DNA of 64,000 bases from Spirochaetota bacterium (GTDB lineage Bacteria; Spirochaetota; Spirochaetia; Treponematales; UBA12059), in NCBI GenBank assembly GCA_029560805.1, contig JAKQKE010000250.1, positions 529 through 64,528 of the forward strand, given 5' to 3'. The position numbers were made by a program, and so were the translations under genes. Of this stretch, positions 44,554-56,226 are shown one piece after another. Under the pieces are notes generated by a model. That model searched no databases, was not told the origin of the DNA, and saw nothing but the letters and a program-made list of their open reading frames with translations. Position 1 is the first letter of the stretch. Each line of letters starts with the position of its first letter.

Positions 44554-45303
44554 ATGACCCCTGTCGTGGAAGGAGCGGCGTTGTTACGTTTATTAATATC
44601 GGCACTAATCTGCATTTTCTCTCTGTCAATCGCGCGTCCCGCTTCGGCTTCCCCGGCGAGCGCCCCGGCCGACTGGTGGGCCGCCGCGATGGAGGCGAGC
44701 CGCCTCGCTTCGGGCTACGAGGCTAGTAGGACGCGCATCTCGATAGAGGCGCTCGACGCCTCGGGGGCCGTGGTCTCGTACGAGCGCGGCGAGACGAGGC
44801 TCCAGCGGGTCGACGGGAGGGAAGTGGTGGTCGTCGTCTCCGCCGAGAAGGACGGCAAGGACGCGAGCGACGACTGGAGGAAGCGCTACGCCAAGGCGGC
44901 GGAGAGTACCTCTCGCAGAGACGGCCGTGCCGATCGGGGCGGGCCGCCCCCGGGTTTCGACGCGGCGCCGTTCAACCCGGCCTACGTCGGAGCCCTGAGC
45001 ATCGGCGAGGCCGCTACGCTGGGCGCTTCGGTCGAGGTGTCGTTCTCGATCGATACCGAGGCCGGCCGCGTCGTCGGCGTCGTCTCGTTCGCCGGCTCCG
45101 GGGTGGCCTTGTCGTCGACCCAGTCCTGGCTCGAGCCGCCGCCCCTGGTATCGTTCATGCGCTCGTCGACGCGCTACGCCTACCATCGGGGCGCCTTGGT
45201 CGTCGCGTCGATGGAGCTGGAGGGGGAGATGTCCATCCTGTTCGTCAAAAGGCGTTTCAGGATGCGCTTCGAGTTCTCTGAGTGGATTCCGGCCGGAGGT
45301 TAG
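44554..45303 (+). CDS. secreted hypothetical protein
   Basis: ORF 44509-45303. I prefer ATG 44554 (MTPVVEGAALLRLLISALICIFSLSIARPASA signal peptide). No domain recognised. Confidence 0.5.
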   Translation: MTPVVEGAALLRLLISALICIFSLSIARPASASPASAPADWWAAAMEASRLASGYEASRTRISIEALDASGAVVSYERGETRLQRVDGREVVVVVSAEKDGKDASDDWRKRYAKAAESTSRRDGRADRGGPPPGFDAAPFNPAYVGALSIGEAATLGASVEVSFSIDTEAGRVVGVVSFAGSGVALSSTQSWLEPPPLVSFMRSSTRYAYHRGALVVASMELEGEMSILFVKRRFRMRFEFSEWIPAGG

Positions 45304-46286
45304 AGCCGTCCGAGCGGTACCGGGGACCTACGCACCACGCAGGCGTACACGAACAGCTCGAGGAGCGTCCGCTCGTTGGCCTGGCCCATCGCCCGCAGCC
45401 TGGCGTCCACGTCCACCCCGAAGGCTATCAGCCGGTCGCAGCGGCCGCGCGGCCAGCGCTGGCGCGCCGCGTCGTAGCTGGCCAGCGCGGATCGGCGGGT
45501 GATGCGTAGCGAGCGCGCCGCCTGCTCGAAGCCCTGACCGTCGGCCATCGCGGCGTGGAGCGACGAGAGGCGTCTGAACGACCAAAGGAGCCCCGCTAGC
45601 AGGCCGACCCCCGAGCCGTCCCGTGCGGCCTGGATCGCCGCGAGGGTCTCGAGCGCCTGCTCGAAGTCGCCCGTGGCCATCCTGTCGAACAGGCTGAACG
45701 CGTCCTCAGCCCGATTATGGGCGATGTAGCGCTCGACATCGTCCTCTCCGACGCTCGAGCCGCGCGGGAAGAACAGCGCCAGGCGCGAACACTCGACCTT
45801 GAGGGCCTCGGTGTTGTTCTCGACTAGCTCGAGGATGGCTTCGACCGCGTCGTCGTCGACCGATAGCCCCTGCCCGGAGAAATAGTCCCTGACCCAGCGG
45901 CCGGTCTCCTGAGCCGACAGCTCCCAGAACACCTTCTTGGCGTCCTTGGGGATGGCGGCCTCGATGGCCTTGTCCACGCCGAAGCCGTCGGCGACGAGCA
46001 CGAGCACGGTCGAGTCGGCCGGCCGTTTCGCGTACTCGACGATGGCCTGGACGTCGGCCTTGGCCTTGACCTGGTCGGCGCCGAGGTACTGCACGAATTT
46101 CCCCGCCGAGAACAGCGAGCCGTTCAGTAGGAGATCGAGCAATGCCGACACCGGGGTCTCGTGGGCGTAGAGCCTATGGTCCTCCGGCTCTCCGTTCCAT
46201 TCCGAGGCGCAACGCGACCGCAGTTGCTTGATGAAGTCGTTGCGGCGGCCCAGTTCGGGGCCGCCGAGGGCGAATACGGGTTCCAC
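45300..46286 (-). CDS. holA: DNA polymerase III delta subunit
   Basis: ORF 45300-46286 (328 aa). The length and N-terminal layout (GGPELGRRNDFIKQL...LFSAGKFV...VLVLVADG) fit HolA. Sequence similarity was judged by eye only. Confidence 0.65.
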   Translation of the reverse strand: MEPVFALGGPELGRRNDFIKQLRSRCASEWNGEPEDHRLYAHETPVSALLDLLLNGSLFSAGKFVQYLGADQVKAKADVQAIVEYAKRPADSTVLVLVADGFGVDKAIEAAIPKDAKKVFWELSAQETGRWVRDYFSGQGLSVDDDAVEAILELVENNTEALKVECSRLALFFPRGSSVGEDDVERYIAHNRAEDAFSLFDRMATGDFEQALETLAAIQAARDGSGVGLLAGLLWSFRRLSSLHAAMADGQGFEQAARSLRITRRSALASYDAARQRWPRGRCDRLIAFGVDVDARLRAMGQANERTLLELFVYACVVRRSPVPLGRL

Positions 46287-46292
46287 CGGCGT

Positions 46293-46898
46293 TCAGTAGT
46301 TCCTGACTATGCCGCGGAGCTTGCCGAGTATGCGGACGTCCTGGGTGAAGATGGGCGCGTAGCTGTCGTTCTCCGGCTCCAGCCTGACCCTCGTCTTTTC
46401 CTTGTAGAAGCGTTTGAGCGTAACCGAGTCCTCGATGGCCGCTACGACAATCTCGCCGTCGCTGGCCACCTGTCGCTGCTCGATCACGGCCAGGTCGCCG
46501 TCGAGGATGCCGGCCTTGATCATGCTGTCGCCCTTGACCTTAAGGGCGAAGCAACGCGACGAGCCGACCATCGAGACCGGTACGTGGATGCTCGAGTCGA
46601 AATTCTCCTCGGCGAAGATCGGCTTGCCCGCGGCCACGGAGCCGAGCAACGGTACCTCGACGGCGGCGTTGTGCTCCTGCCTGGTCGACTTACCGATGAT
46701 CTCGATCTTCCTGGACCGACCGCCGCCGGCTCTGATGCGGCCCTTGCGCTCGAGGGCCTTCAGGTGGTCGTACGCGCCGCGGACTGACATAGAAAAATGG
46801 GCGGCTATCTCGCGTATGGTCGGGGGGTAGGGGTTTTCCCAGATGAAGGACTCGATATAATCGAGCACTTCCTTTTGGCGATCCGTCAAGTCATTCAT
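46293..46898 (-). CDS. lexA: LexA repressor
   Basis: ORF 46293-46898. N-terminal winged HTH LTDRQKEVLDYI...PPTIREIA. The S24 peptidase domain has VKGDSMIKAGILDGD and TLKRF. Confidence 0.9.
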   Translation of the reverse strand: MNDLTDRQKEVLDYIESFIWENPYPPTIREIAAHFSMSVRGAYDHLKALERKGRIRAGGGRSRKIEIIGKSTRQEHNAAVEVPLLGSVAAGKPIFAEENFDSSIHVPVSMVGSSRCFALKVKGDSMIKAGILDGDLAVIEQRQVASDGEIVVAAIEDSVTLKRFYKEKTRVRLEPENDSYAPIFTQDVRILGKLRGIVRNY

Positions 46899-48259
46899 TC
46901 GCCGGCCTCGATACCGAATTTCTTGATCTTGGCGTAGAGGTTCTTCGGGTAAATCCCGATCGCTTCGGCTGTCTTCACGATATTATAGCCATGTTTTCTC
47001 AAGTTGTGGTGTAAATAACCTCGTTCGAAGGCTTCTTTTGCCTCGGAATACCGAATATTCAATAGCTCGTCGAGCCGGTCCGGGGCGGCTTCCGGGCTGG
47101 AGCCGTCGCTCTTGAGCATGAAATGCCGCACGGTCTCGCCCGAGATGACGTCCTCGTCGCTCATCACCGCTATACGCTCGATAAAATTCTTGAGCTCGCG
47201 CACGTTCCCCGGCCAGTCGTGGGCCTTGAGCGTCGCCATGGCCTCGTCGGACATGCGCCTGACCCTTCCACCCGAAAAGCGAGCGAGGAAGAAGGCCGTA
47301 AGCTCGGGTATATCGTCGGCCCGCTCCCTCAGGGCGGGGATACGTAGCGGGATGACGTTGAGTCTGAAGAACAGGTCCTCCCTGAAGCGGCCGGCCGCTA
47401 TCTCCTGCCTGAGATCCTTGTTCGTGGCGGCGATCACCCGTACGTCCACCTCGATGGTGCTCTCGCCTCCGAGGCGCTCGAAGCGCATCTCCTGGACGGC
47501 CCGGAGCATTTTGGCCTGGGCCGAGAGAGACATGTCGGCTATCTCGTCGAGGAATAGCGTGCCGGTATGAGCCGTCTCGAATTTGCCCTTGCGCCTGGCT
47601 ACCGCGTCGGTGAAGGAACCCTTCTCGTGGCCGAACAGCTCGCTCTCGATCAGGGTGTCGGGCATGGCGGCGCAGTTCACCGCTACGAAGGGCCCCGAGG
47701 CCCGCTCCGACAACTCGTGGATGCGCCTGGCCACGAGTTCCTTGCCGGTGCCGTTCTCGCCGGTGATCAGCACTCGGGCGTCCGAGCGGGCGCTCTGGTA
47801 GATCAGGTCGCGTACGTAGGCCATCGGGTCCGAGGCGCCTATGATGTCGTCCGACTCGACCGCCGAGCGCTTCAGCCTGGCGTTCTCCACGCGCAGATCC
47901 GACAGGGCTCTGGCGTTCCTGACCGCGGTGATCAGCCGCTCGATCGATAAGGGCTTCTCGATGAAGTCGAAGGCGCCGAGCTTGACGGCGCTGACGGCCA
48001 TATCGATGGACGCATGGCCCGACACGACGATGGTCTCCACCGCCGGATGGTCGGCCTTGATCGCCTTGAGTACGTCGATGCCGCCCATCCTCGGTAGCCA
48101 TACGTCCAGGACGACGACGTCGACGCTGTCTCGCTTGAGCGCCTCGAGCCCGGACGGGCCGTCCTCGGCAGTCAGGGCTTCGTATCCCTCGTCCTCGAGG
48201 ATGTCCTTTACGGTGGCCCGAATGCCGGGCTCGTCGTCGATTACGAGGATGGCGCCCAT
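46895..48259 (-). CDS. sigma-54-dependent response regulator (NtrX/AtoC-like EBP)
   Basis: ORF 46895-48259. REC (ILVIDDEPGIR...VLDVWLPRMGG), Walker A GENGTGKE, a GSFTDA loop variant of GAFTGA, LFLDEIAD and a C-terminal HTH are present. ORF 46983-48575 is off-frame noise. Confidence 0.9.
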   Translation of the reverse strand: MGAILVIDDEPGIRATVKDILEDEGYEALTAEDGPSGLEALKRDSVDVVVLDVWLPRMGGIDVLKAIKADHPAVETIVVSGHASIDMAVSAVKLGAFDFIEKPLSIERLITAVRNARALSDLRVENARLKRSAVESDDIIGASDPMAYVRDLIYQSARSDARVLITGENGTGKELVARRIHELSERASGPFVAVNCAAMPDTLIESELFGHEKGSFTDAVARRKGKFETAHTGTLFLDEIADMSLSAQAKMLRAVQEMRFERLGGESTIEVDVRVIAATNKDLRQEIAAGRFREDLFFRLNVIPLRIPALRERADDIPELTAFFLARFSGGRVRRMSDEAMATLKAHDWPGNVRELKNFIERIAVMSDEDVISGETVRHFMLKSDGSSPEAAPDRLDELLNIRYSEAKEAFERGYLHHNLRKHGYNIVKTAEAIGIYPKNLYAKIKKFGIEAGE

Positions 48260-48282
48260 GGATACTCTTCCTTACTGCTCGA

Positions 48283-50058
48283 TTATTGACTCTCCGCCGG
48301 CAGGTCGATGTAGAAAACCGTACCCGCGCCTTCCGCGGAGTCGAAACGTATCTTGCCGCCATGGGCGGAAACGATGTGCTCGACGATGGCGAGGCCCAAG
48401 CCGGTCCCGCCAGGCTTCGTGGTAAAGTACGGTGAAAAAACCTTGTCTCGGACGTCGGCCGGGATGCCGTACCCGTCGTCCCTGACCTGGAGTCTACAGT
48501 ATCGGGATTCCGCCGTTTTGACAAGATCGGCCCGTATCCACACGTGGCCCGAGCCATCGGTCGCCGCGGCGGCATTGGACAGCAGGTTGCCGAGCGCTTG
48601 CTTCAAGTAACCCCGATCCGCCTTCAGCGTAATGGTCGGATCGATGGCGCCGCAGTCTATGGTCAGCTCGGGCCACGAGGCCGAGTACAGGTGCACCGCC
48701 TCGTCGACCATGGGCTTGAGCTCCATCCAGGCCTTCTGCGGCTCGGGCAACCTCGCAAAATCGCGGAATTCGGTCAGCAACGCTTCCATATTGGCCGTTT
48801 CTTGAATGATGGCGACCATGGACTTCTCGAGCACCGCGCCGACCGACGACGGGTCCGCCTTCCAGCGCTTGAGTACCCGCTCGGCCGACAGACGGATCGG
48901 CGTCAACGGGTTGCGTAGCTCGTGTGCCAGTTTCCTCGCGATATCCCGCCAGGCCCCTATCTTCTCATTGCGTAGCTCGTCGCCGCGGCTTCGTTCGATG
49001 CGCTCGAGCAGCGCGTTGAGGCTCTCGACCAGGTCGCCGGCTTCGTCGCCGGGCTTGGCCAGGTACGGGGCCCGCCTGGCCCCCGAGCCTATCCTGGTTA
49101 TGGCGTCGGAGAGCGCCGCGACCGGCCTGAGCAGCCGGTCGGATACGCTGAGCGCGAACAGCGTGGCTATGGCCAGGAGCGGTGCGACCAGGCTGAACGA
49201 GAAGAAGGCTATGTACAGGCTCGAGGAGCCGCGTATGCGGCCGGAGACCTCGAGCGTGGCCAGGGTCGACGATAGGGCCGACGCGGCAAGCTCGGCCTCG
49301 TCGTCGAACCTAAGCGAGACTATGGCCGAGACCCGCGATTTCCTGTCAGGTGAGCTTCCGGCGTCCGCCGCGAAATAGCGCGCGTAGCTTGCCCCGCCCG
49401 CCGAGAGCCTGGGTAGGAGCGCGCTTTTGTCCATCGGCCTGAAGCCGGGCGAGCCGCGCGCGGTCGGGTCGCCGGCGAAGGAGGCGGAAGCCCCGCCCGA
49501 GAACAGCTCGACGGCGCAGATGGACGGCTCACGGGCCGACAGCCGCGACAGCACGCGCTCGGCGTCCGGGCCTCGAGCGTCGACTATCGGCGCCACGTCG
49601 TTCTCGGCGGCGTACTTGAGGGCGGCTTCCTTGTCCGCGAGGTAGGTCAGAGCCACGTCGAGCCCGTCGCCGAGCGCCGAGCGGACGGTCGCCGAGGCCG
49701 GCGCGTCCAAGGCCTCGACGGCCAGGATGCCGATGAATAGCGACGGAGGCACGGCGGCCATCGCGGCGACGGCCATGAACGAGGCCAGCACCCTGCCCTT
49801 GAGCCTGTAGCCCCAGGCCTTTCTCCTGTATTCCCGGGCGAAGCGGGCGGCCGCCGCGACAAGCACGAGGCCTATCACCGTCGGGGTCAGAGTCAACAGG
49901 GCGGCCGCCGCGCCGGACTGGACGGCAGGGAAGCTCGCGTCGCCGAGCGTGGCGGTCCGTAGGTACGCGAGCGAGCCGGACAGCGCTATGGCGTAGATCA
50001 GGCCGATGACGACCAGGTCGATCGCCCGGCGCGACGTGAAGCCCTTGCCCGTCATCAC
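48283..50058 (-). CDS. membrane sensor histidine kinase (NtrY-like: TM - HAMP - HisKA - HATPase)
   Basis: ORF 48283-50058. The H-box is IARKLAHELRNPLTPI. LLSNAAAAT, DDGYGIP and GGTGLGLAIV are present. Confidence 0.8.
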   Translation of the reverse strand: MMTGKGFTSRRAIDLVVIGLIYAIALSGSLAYLRTATLGDASFPAVQSGAAAALLTLTPTVIGLVLVAAAARFAREYRRKAWGYRLKGRVLASFMAVAAMAAVPPSLFIGILAVEALDAPASATVRSALGDGLDVALTYLADKEAALKYAAENDVAPIVDARGPDAERVLSRLSAREPSICAVELFSGGASASFAGDPTARGSPGFRPMDKSALLPRLSAGGASYARYFAADAGSSPDRKSRVSAIVSLRFDDEAELAASALSSTLATLEVSGRIRGSSSLYIAFFSFSLVAPLLAIATLFALSVSDRLLRPVAALSDAITRIGSGARRAPYLAKPGDEAGDLVESLNALLERIERSRGDELRNEKIGAWRDIARKLAHELRNPLTPIRLSAERVLKRWKADPSSVGAVLEKSMVAIIQETANMEALLTEFRDFARLPEPQKAWMELKPMVDEAVHLYSASWPELTIDCGAIDPTITLKADRGYLKQALGNLLSNAAAATDGSGHVWIRADLVKTAESRYCRLQVRDDGYGIPADVRDKVFSPYFTTKPGGTGLGLAIVEHIVSAHGGKIRFDSAEGAGTVFYIDLPAESQ

Positions 50059-50321
50059 ACCTCTTCGAAGCGGTTCTTGAACAGCCTGTCGATGGCCTCG
50101 GCGGCCTCCGCCTCGTCCTCGCCGTCGGCGATGATGAGGATCTCGGTATCGAAGCCTGCCCCGAGCGTGATGATGCCCATGATGCTCTTGGCGTTTATCC
50201 TGTCGTCGCCCTTCTGAAGCGATATCTTCGACTTGAATTTACTGGCCGTCTGTACGATCAACGCCGCGGGTCGGGCGTGGATCCCCGCCCTGTTCTTGAT
50301 GACGGTCATTCTCTCGATCAT
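50055..50321 (-). CDS. ptsH: HPr-family phosphocarrier protein
   Basis: C-terminal 88 aa of ORF 50055-50399, starting at ATG 50321. His-15 context NRAGIHARPA and Ser-46 context AKSIMGI are both present. Confidence 0.85.
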   Translation of the reverse strand: MIERMTVIKNRAGIHARPAALIVQTASKFKSKISLQKGDDRINAKSIMGIITLGAGFDTEILIIADGEDEAEAAEAIDRLFKNRFEEV

Positions 50322-50346
50322 GGAGGCCTCTCCGATCTTACATAGA

Positions 50347-51348
50347 CTAGATTGAATCGTCCCGCCCAAAGTATACGGCTCGGGCATTCTCGCTCTCAAG
50401 CCAGCGGAGTATATTCTGGTTGAACTCCTTGGCCGAATGGTAGCCCATCTTCTTGAGCCGCTCGTTCATGGCGGCCGTCTCGACGATGATGGGGATGTTC
50501 CTGCCCGGCTTGACCGGGATATCGAGCTGCGGCACGTGCACGCCCAGGATGTCCATCGTCTTTTCCTCGGTCCCGATGCGGTCGTAGACCTTGGATGCGT
50601 CCCATTCCTCCAGCGAGCAGACGAGCTGGATCTGCTTCTTGTCCCTGATGGCGCCGACGCCGAAGAGGTGGGTTACGTTGATGATGCCGAGGCCGCGGAT
50701 CTCCATATGGTGGCCGATGACCTTGTTGGCCCCCGAACCCATCAGGATGTTGCCGGATATGCAGCGTATCTCGACGACGTCGTCGGCGACGAGGCGATGG
50801 CCGCGCTCTATCAGCTCGAGCGCGGTCTCGCTCTTGCCGACGCCCGACTCGCCGGTCAGCAGGATGCCGATGCCGTACACCTCGACGAGCACGCCGTGCA
50901 CGCTCGTCCTCGGCGCGAATACGTTGGTCAGCACGCGCATGAGCCTGGACGACAGCTCCGTCGAGGGCAGGTCCGATAGCAGGATGGGGCAGTTGGCGGC
51001 CTCGGCCGCCTGGGCGAACATCGGGGCCGGCGGTTCGCCGTTGGCGAAGATGAAGCACGGTATCGGGAACGAGAAGATCCTCGAGACGCCTTCCTCGCGA
51101 CCCTCGGCGGCGAGCAGGTGCAGGTACGCCGCCTCGCCGTGGCCTATCAGCTGGACGCGCTGGTAGGCGAAGCTTTCGAAGAAGCCGGACAGGGCTAGCC
51201 CCGGCCGGTTGATGTCCGGGGCGCTGATGACCCTGCCCAGGCCCTTGCGGCCCCCGATGCAGCGCAACTCGAGCGCGTCGTGCTCCTTGAGGTCGAGGTC
51301 GAGCAAGTCGAGTACCGTAAAGCGTTTCTCATCCATCGCCCGGAGCAT
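50347..51348 (-). CDS. hprK: HPr kinase/phosphorylase
   Basis: C-terminal 333 aa of ORF 50347-51543, starting at ATG 51348 (or 51336). The P-loop GESGVGKSE and signature LVADDVVE...MEIRGLGIINV are present. Confidence 0.85.
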   Translation of the reverse strand: MLRAMDEKRFTVLDLLDLDLKEHDALELRCIGGRKGLGRVISAPDINRPGLALSGFFESFAYQRVQLIGHGEAAYLHLLAAEGREEGVSRIFSFPIPCFIFANGEPPAPMFAQAAEAANCPILLSDLPSTELSSRLMRVLTNVFAPRTSVHGVLVEVYGIGILLTGESGVGKSETALELIERGHRLVADDVVEIRCISGNILMGSGANKVIGHHMEIRGLGIINVTHLFGVGAIRDKKQIQLVCSLEEWDASKVYDRIGTEEKTMDILGVHVPQLDIPVKPGRNIPIIVETAAMNERLKKMGYHSAKEFNQNILRWLESENARAVYFGRDDSI

Positions 51349-51484
51349 ACTCCGTTTCCCGGGCTTGCGCAACGATATTAACTGAGGCGGCTCGACGCGA
51401 TAGCCTGCCCCGGAGCCGTCGCCCGAGACGGCGAAGGCCCCGCGGCGCGAGCGGCGGGGCCTTCGATCGAGCGGCTCGTGGAGC

Positions 51485-51775
51485 TTATTTCTTATCCTGG
51501 ACCTTCGACTTTTCCTTGTTGATTTTCTGTTCGAGGGTATCAATCAGCTTGTCCATCCCCGCGGCCAGGTCGAAGTCCGTCTCCTGCACGTGGGCGCTCG
51601 AGCCCCAGCGGAAGTTGACGGTGCACTCGCACTTGAACTGCTTCTCCTTGGTGAACGAGAACAAGAGGTCGACGATCAGATCCTTCGCGTACGCGATGCG
51701 CTCCAGCTTCTTGTCCAGGTAAGCCCTGCTCGGTTCGCCGAGGTCGAAGTGCACGGAACGGACGTCAATAGTCAT
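51485..51775 (-). CDS. hpf: ribosome hibernation factor, short form (sigma-54 modulation protein family)
   Basis: ORF 51485-51775 (96 aa). It sits immediately downstream of rpoN. Its length and pattern are typical of HPF/YfiA. Confidence 0.8.
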   Translation of the reverse strand: MTIDVRSVHFDLGEPSRAYLDKKLERIAYAKDLIVDLLFSFTKEKQFKCECTVNFRWGSSAHVQETDFDLAAGMDKLIDTLEQKINKEKSKVQDKK

Positions 51776-51813
51776 GCAAGCCTCCTTGTGCCGGTGAGAC
51801 CGGCTGATTGCGC

Positions 51814-53187
51814 CTAGCCGCGCTTGCGGCCGAACGATGAGTCCATGTTCAACTCGTTTCGGTACTTGGCCACTGTCCTCCTCGCCAGCTTGATGCCCTT
51901 CCGGGCCAGTATGTCGGTGATGTCCTGGTCGGACATCGCGTTCGTCTCGTTCTCGATGATCTCCTTGATCACCTGCTTCACGCCGCCCTTGGAGAAGCGC
52001 GAGCCGCCGGAGCCGGAGCCGGATATGCTGTTCGTGAAGAAGTAGCGCAGCTCGAAGATGCCCCAGTCGGTCTGGACGTATTTCTTCCCGGCGATGCGGG
52101 AGATGGTCGTCTCATGGACCCCGACCTCGACGGCGATGTCCTTGAGCGTCAACGGGGCGAGGTGCTTGGGTCCCCTCGCGAAGAACGGGCGCTGGAACTC
52201 GACGATGGAGCGTACGACCTTAAGCAGGGTACGGTTCCGCTGCTGGATGCTCTGGATGAACCAGCGCGCCTTGCGGATATTGTCCTTGACGAAGGCGTCC
52301 GTCTCCTTGTCGTGCTTCTCGCCGGATAGACGGTCGAAGAACGGGTTGATGCCGATGACGGGTATCTCCTCGTCGTTGATGACGATGACGAACTCGCCGT
52401 CCTTCAGCTTGACCTGAACGTCCGGGGTGACATACTTGGTCTCCTCGGCCGAGTAGAGCCTGCCGGGGAAGGGGTTCAGCCCCTTGATGAAGCCCAGGGC
52501 CGCCTCGAGCTCGTCGTCGTCGAGCTTGAGGCGTTTCTGGATGTCCTGATGCCTGCCCCGCTCGAGCAGGTCCATGTGGTCGCCGATGATCTCGAGCGCC
52601 CCGTGCGGCGCGCCGGGGGCTTGCTCAGCCTGGACGAGGAGCGATTCCCTAAAATCCCTGGTGCAGGCGCCGGAGGGCTCCAGCCTGCGGATGACGGCCA
52701 TCACCTTGTCCACGGTCGCCTTGGAGAAACCCTTGCAGAGCAGGTAGGGGTCCTCTTTATGGAAGCCGTCGGCGTTCAGGTTCTGGACGAGGCGTTCGCC
52801 TATCTCACGCTGGGAGGGGGTGATAGGCTGGAGCCTGAGCTGCCACAGGAGGTGTTCCTGAAGCGTCTCGGGGTAGGTGATCGCCCCCTCGAGGAACATG
52901 CGTTTGGCGTCCGAGTCGTCGTCGCCGGAACGGCTATAGCCCGGGTCGGAGCTGTTCTCGAAGCGCTGGACGGCCTCCGACTCCGATTCGCGCTCCTCGG
53001 GAATGGACTCGAGCGACATCGTGGACCGATCCTCGAGCACTTCGAGGGCTGGATTCGCCTCGATCTCCTGTTGTATCTCTTCCTTCAGCTCCTGGAGGGG
53101 TAGGGCCATGAGCCTGATGGACTGGATCATCTGGGGACTGAGCTTCTGCCTCTGCTCCTGGATGATCGATGGTCTCTGGAACTGCAA
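51814..53187 (-). CDS. rpoN: RNA polymerase sigma-54 factor
   Basis: ORF 51814-53187. The Gln-rich region I is QEQRQKLSPQMIQSIRLM. The HTH is present. The RpoN box ARRTVAKYR is near the C-terminus. Confidence 0.95.
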   Translation of the reverse strand: MQFQRPSIIQEQRQKLSPQMIQSIRLMALPLQELKEEIQQEIEANPALEVLEDRSTMSLESIPEERESESEAVQRFENSSDPGYSRSGDDDSDAKRMFLEGAITYPETLQEHLLWQLRLQPITPSQREIGERLVQNLNADGFHKEDPYLLCKGFSKATVDKVMAVIRRLEPSGACTRDFRESLLVQAEQAPGAPHGALEIIGDHMDLLERGRHQDIQKRLKLDDDELEAALGFIKGLNPFPGRLYSAEETKYVTPDVQVKLKDGEFVIVINDEEIPVIGINPFFDRLSGEKHDKETDAFVKDNIRKARWFIQSIQQRNRTLLKVVRSIVEFQRPFFARGPKHLAPLTLKDIAVEVGVHETTISRIAGKKYVQTDWGIFELRYFFTNSISGSGSGGSRFSKGGVKQVIKEIIENETNAMSDQDITDILARKGIKLARRTVAKYRNELNMDSSFGRKRG

Positions 53188-53354
53188 GTACGATCCTTTC
53201 GTGACGGCGATGCGTGACGCGGGGCGACTACCCTCAAGATAAATGGTATAGCATCGTCGGCTAAAGTCAAGCCGAACGACCGTAAGCCCGGTGGCCCGAA
53301 CCTACAAGAACCGTGCCTATTTTCACGATTATTCGTCTAAGAATGCCGTAAGTG

Positions 53355-53421
53355 GCTTGACGCTTTAAAATCACCCTTATTACTTTACATGATACTAGCC
53401 GCACGGCTCCCAGCGTCAAGC
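53355..53421 (+). promoter_or_regulatory. grpE upstream region: heat-shock-like promoter candidate bracketed by a 10-bp inverted repeat
   Basis: GCTTGACGCT (53355-53364) and AGCGTCAAGC (53412-53421) are perfect reverse complements. Between them, CTTGAC-N12-CCCTTAT loosely resembles a sigma-32-type -35/-10. No CIRCE element was seen. Confidence 0.3.
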
Positions 53422-53463
53422 GCGTACGAAGACCCTGGGGTATCATATTCGTAGAGCGAGGCC

Positions 53464-54132
53464 ATGTCTAAACACAAGCACCAGGATATACCAGAAACGC
53501 AGAACGAGGGCCAGGTTACCGATCAATCGCGGGAGCGGACGGCCGGAAGCCCTTCCCAGGCGACGCCCGATAGCGGCGCCGATGCCGTAGAGGCCAGGGT
53601 CAAGGCCGCCGAGGCCAAGGCTGCGGCCGCCGAGGCCAAGGCCGTCGAACTGGAGGCCGAGGTTTCGTCTCTCAAGGACCAGTACCTGCGCAAGCTGGCG
53701 GATTATGAGAATTTCCGCAAGCGCATGTTCAGGGAAAAGGAGGACGCGGTCCAGTACGCCAACTCCCAGATCCTCGTCGACCTCGTGGCCGTGCTCGACG
53801 ATTTCGAGCGGGCCATCAAGAGTTCCGAGCTGTCCAAGGACTTCGCGTCGTTGCACGACGGCGTCGGCATGATAGAGAAGAACCTGCTATCGACGCTGGC
53901 CGGCAAGTACGGGCTGGCCCGCTTCGAGTCCGTCGGCACGGCCTTCGACCCGAATGTGCACGAGGCCGTGATGAGCGAGCCGGGCGACTGCCCCGAGCCG
54001 ACGGTGGTCGAGGAGTTTATAAAGGGCTACAAGTTGCGCGACCGCGTACTGCGGAGCGCTAAGGTCAAGGTGCGCATGCCCCGTCCGAGCGGGGATTCGA
54101 ACGAGAAATCAGCGCCAGAGGCGAACGCATAA
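53464..54132 (+). CDS. grpE: nucleotide exchange factor GrpE
   Basis: ORF 53464-54132. A coiled-coil N-terminus is followed by [14 protein letters not shown] and [14 protein letters not shown]. Confidence 0.9.
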   Translation: MSKHKHQDIPETQNEGQVTDQSRERTAGSPSQATPDSGADAVEARVKAAEAKAAAAEAKAVELEAEVSSLKDQYLRKLADYENFRKRMFREKEDAVQYANSQILVDLVAVLDDFERAIKSSELSKDFASLHDGVGMIEKNLLSTLAGKYGLARFESVGTAFDPNVHEAVMSEPGDCPEPTVVEEFIKGYKLRDRVLRSAKVKVRMPRPSGDSNEKSAPEANA

Positions 54133-54142
54133 GGAGCATCCC

Positions 54143-56077
<1,935 letters not shown>

Positions 56078-56098
56078 CCGATCGAGTATACAATGTGG

Positions 56099-56226
56099 CC
56101 ACGGAGGCACGAAGGCACGGAGAAGAGAAAGGTAAGAGAAATGTGAAGAGAGCGAATAAGCATCTGTTTAGATGCTTTCTAAGCTTTCTTCCATTGTCTT
56201 ACCTCCGTGTCTCCGCGCCTCCGTGG
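56099..56226. repeat. 128-nt imperfect inverted repeat (long hairpin) in the dnaK-dnaJ spacer
   Basis: The outer arms are CCACGGAGGC...GGTAAGA / TCTTACC...GCCTCCGTGG. The apex is a perfect AAGCATCT-gttt-AGATGCTT (56158-56177). The left arm is purine-rich, the right arm is pyrimidine-rich, and the region is locally AT-rich. Confidence 0.7.

Noticed and set aside
53240-53463. CIRCE (TTAGCACTC-N9-GAGTGCTAA) or HAIR operator upstream of grpE-dnaK-dnaJ
   Set aside because: I scanned both strands by eye and found no match. Only a 10-bp inverted repeat and a weak sigma-32-like pattern are present, and these are reported at low confidence.
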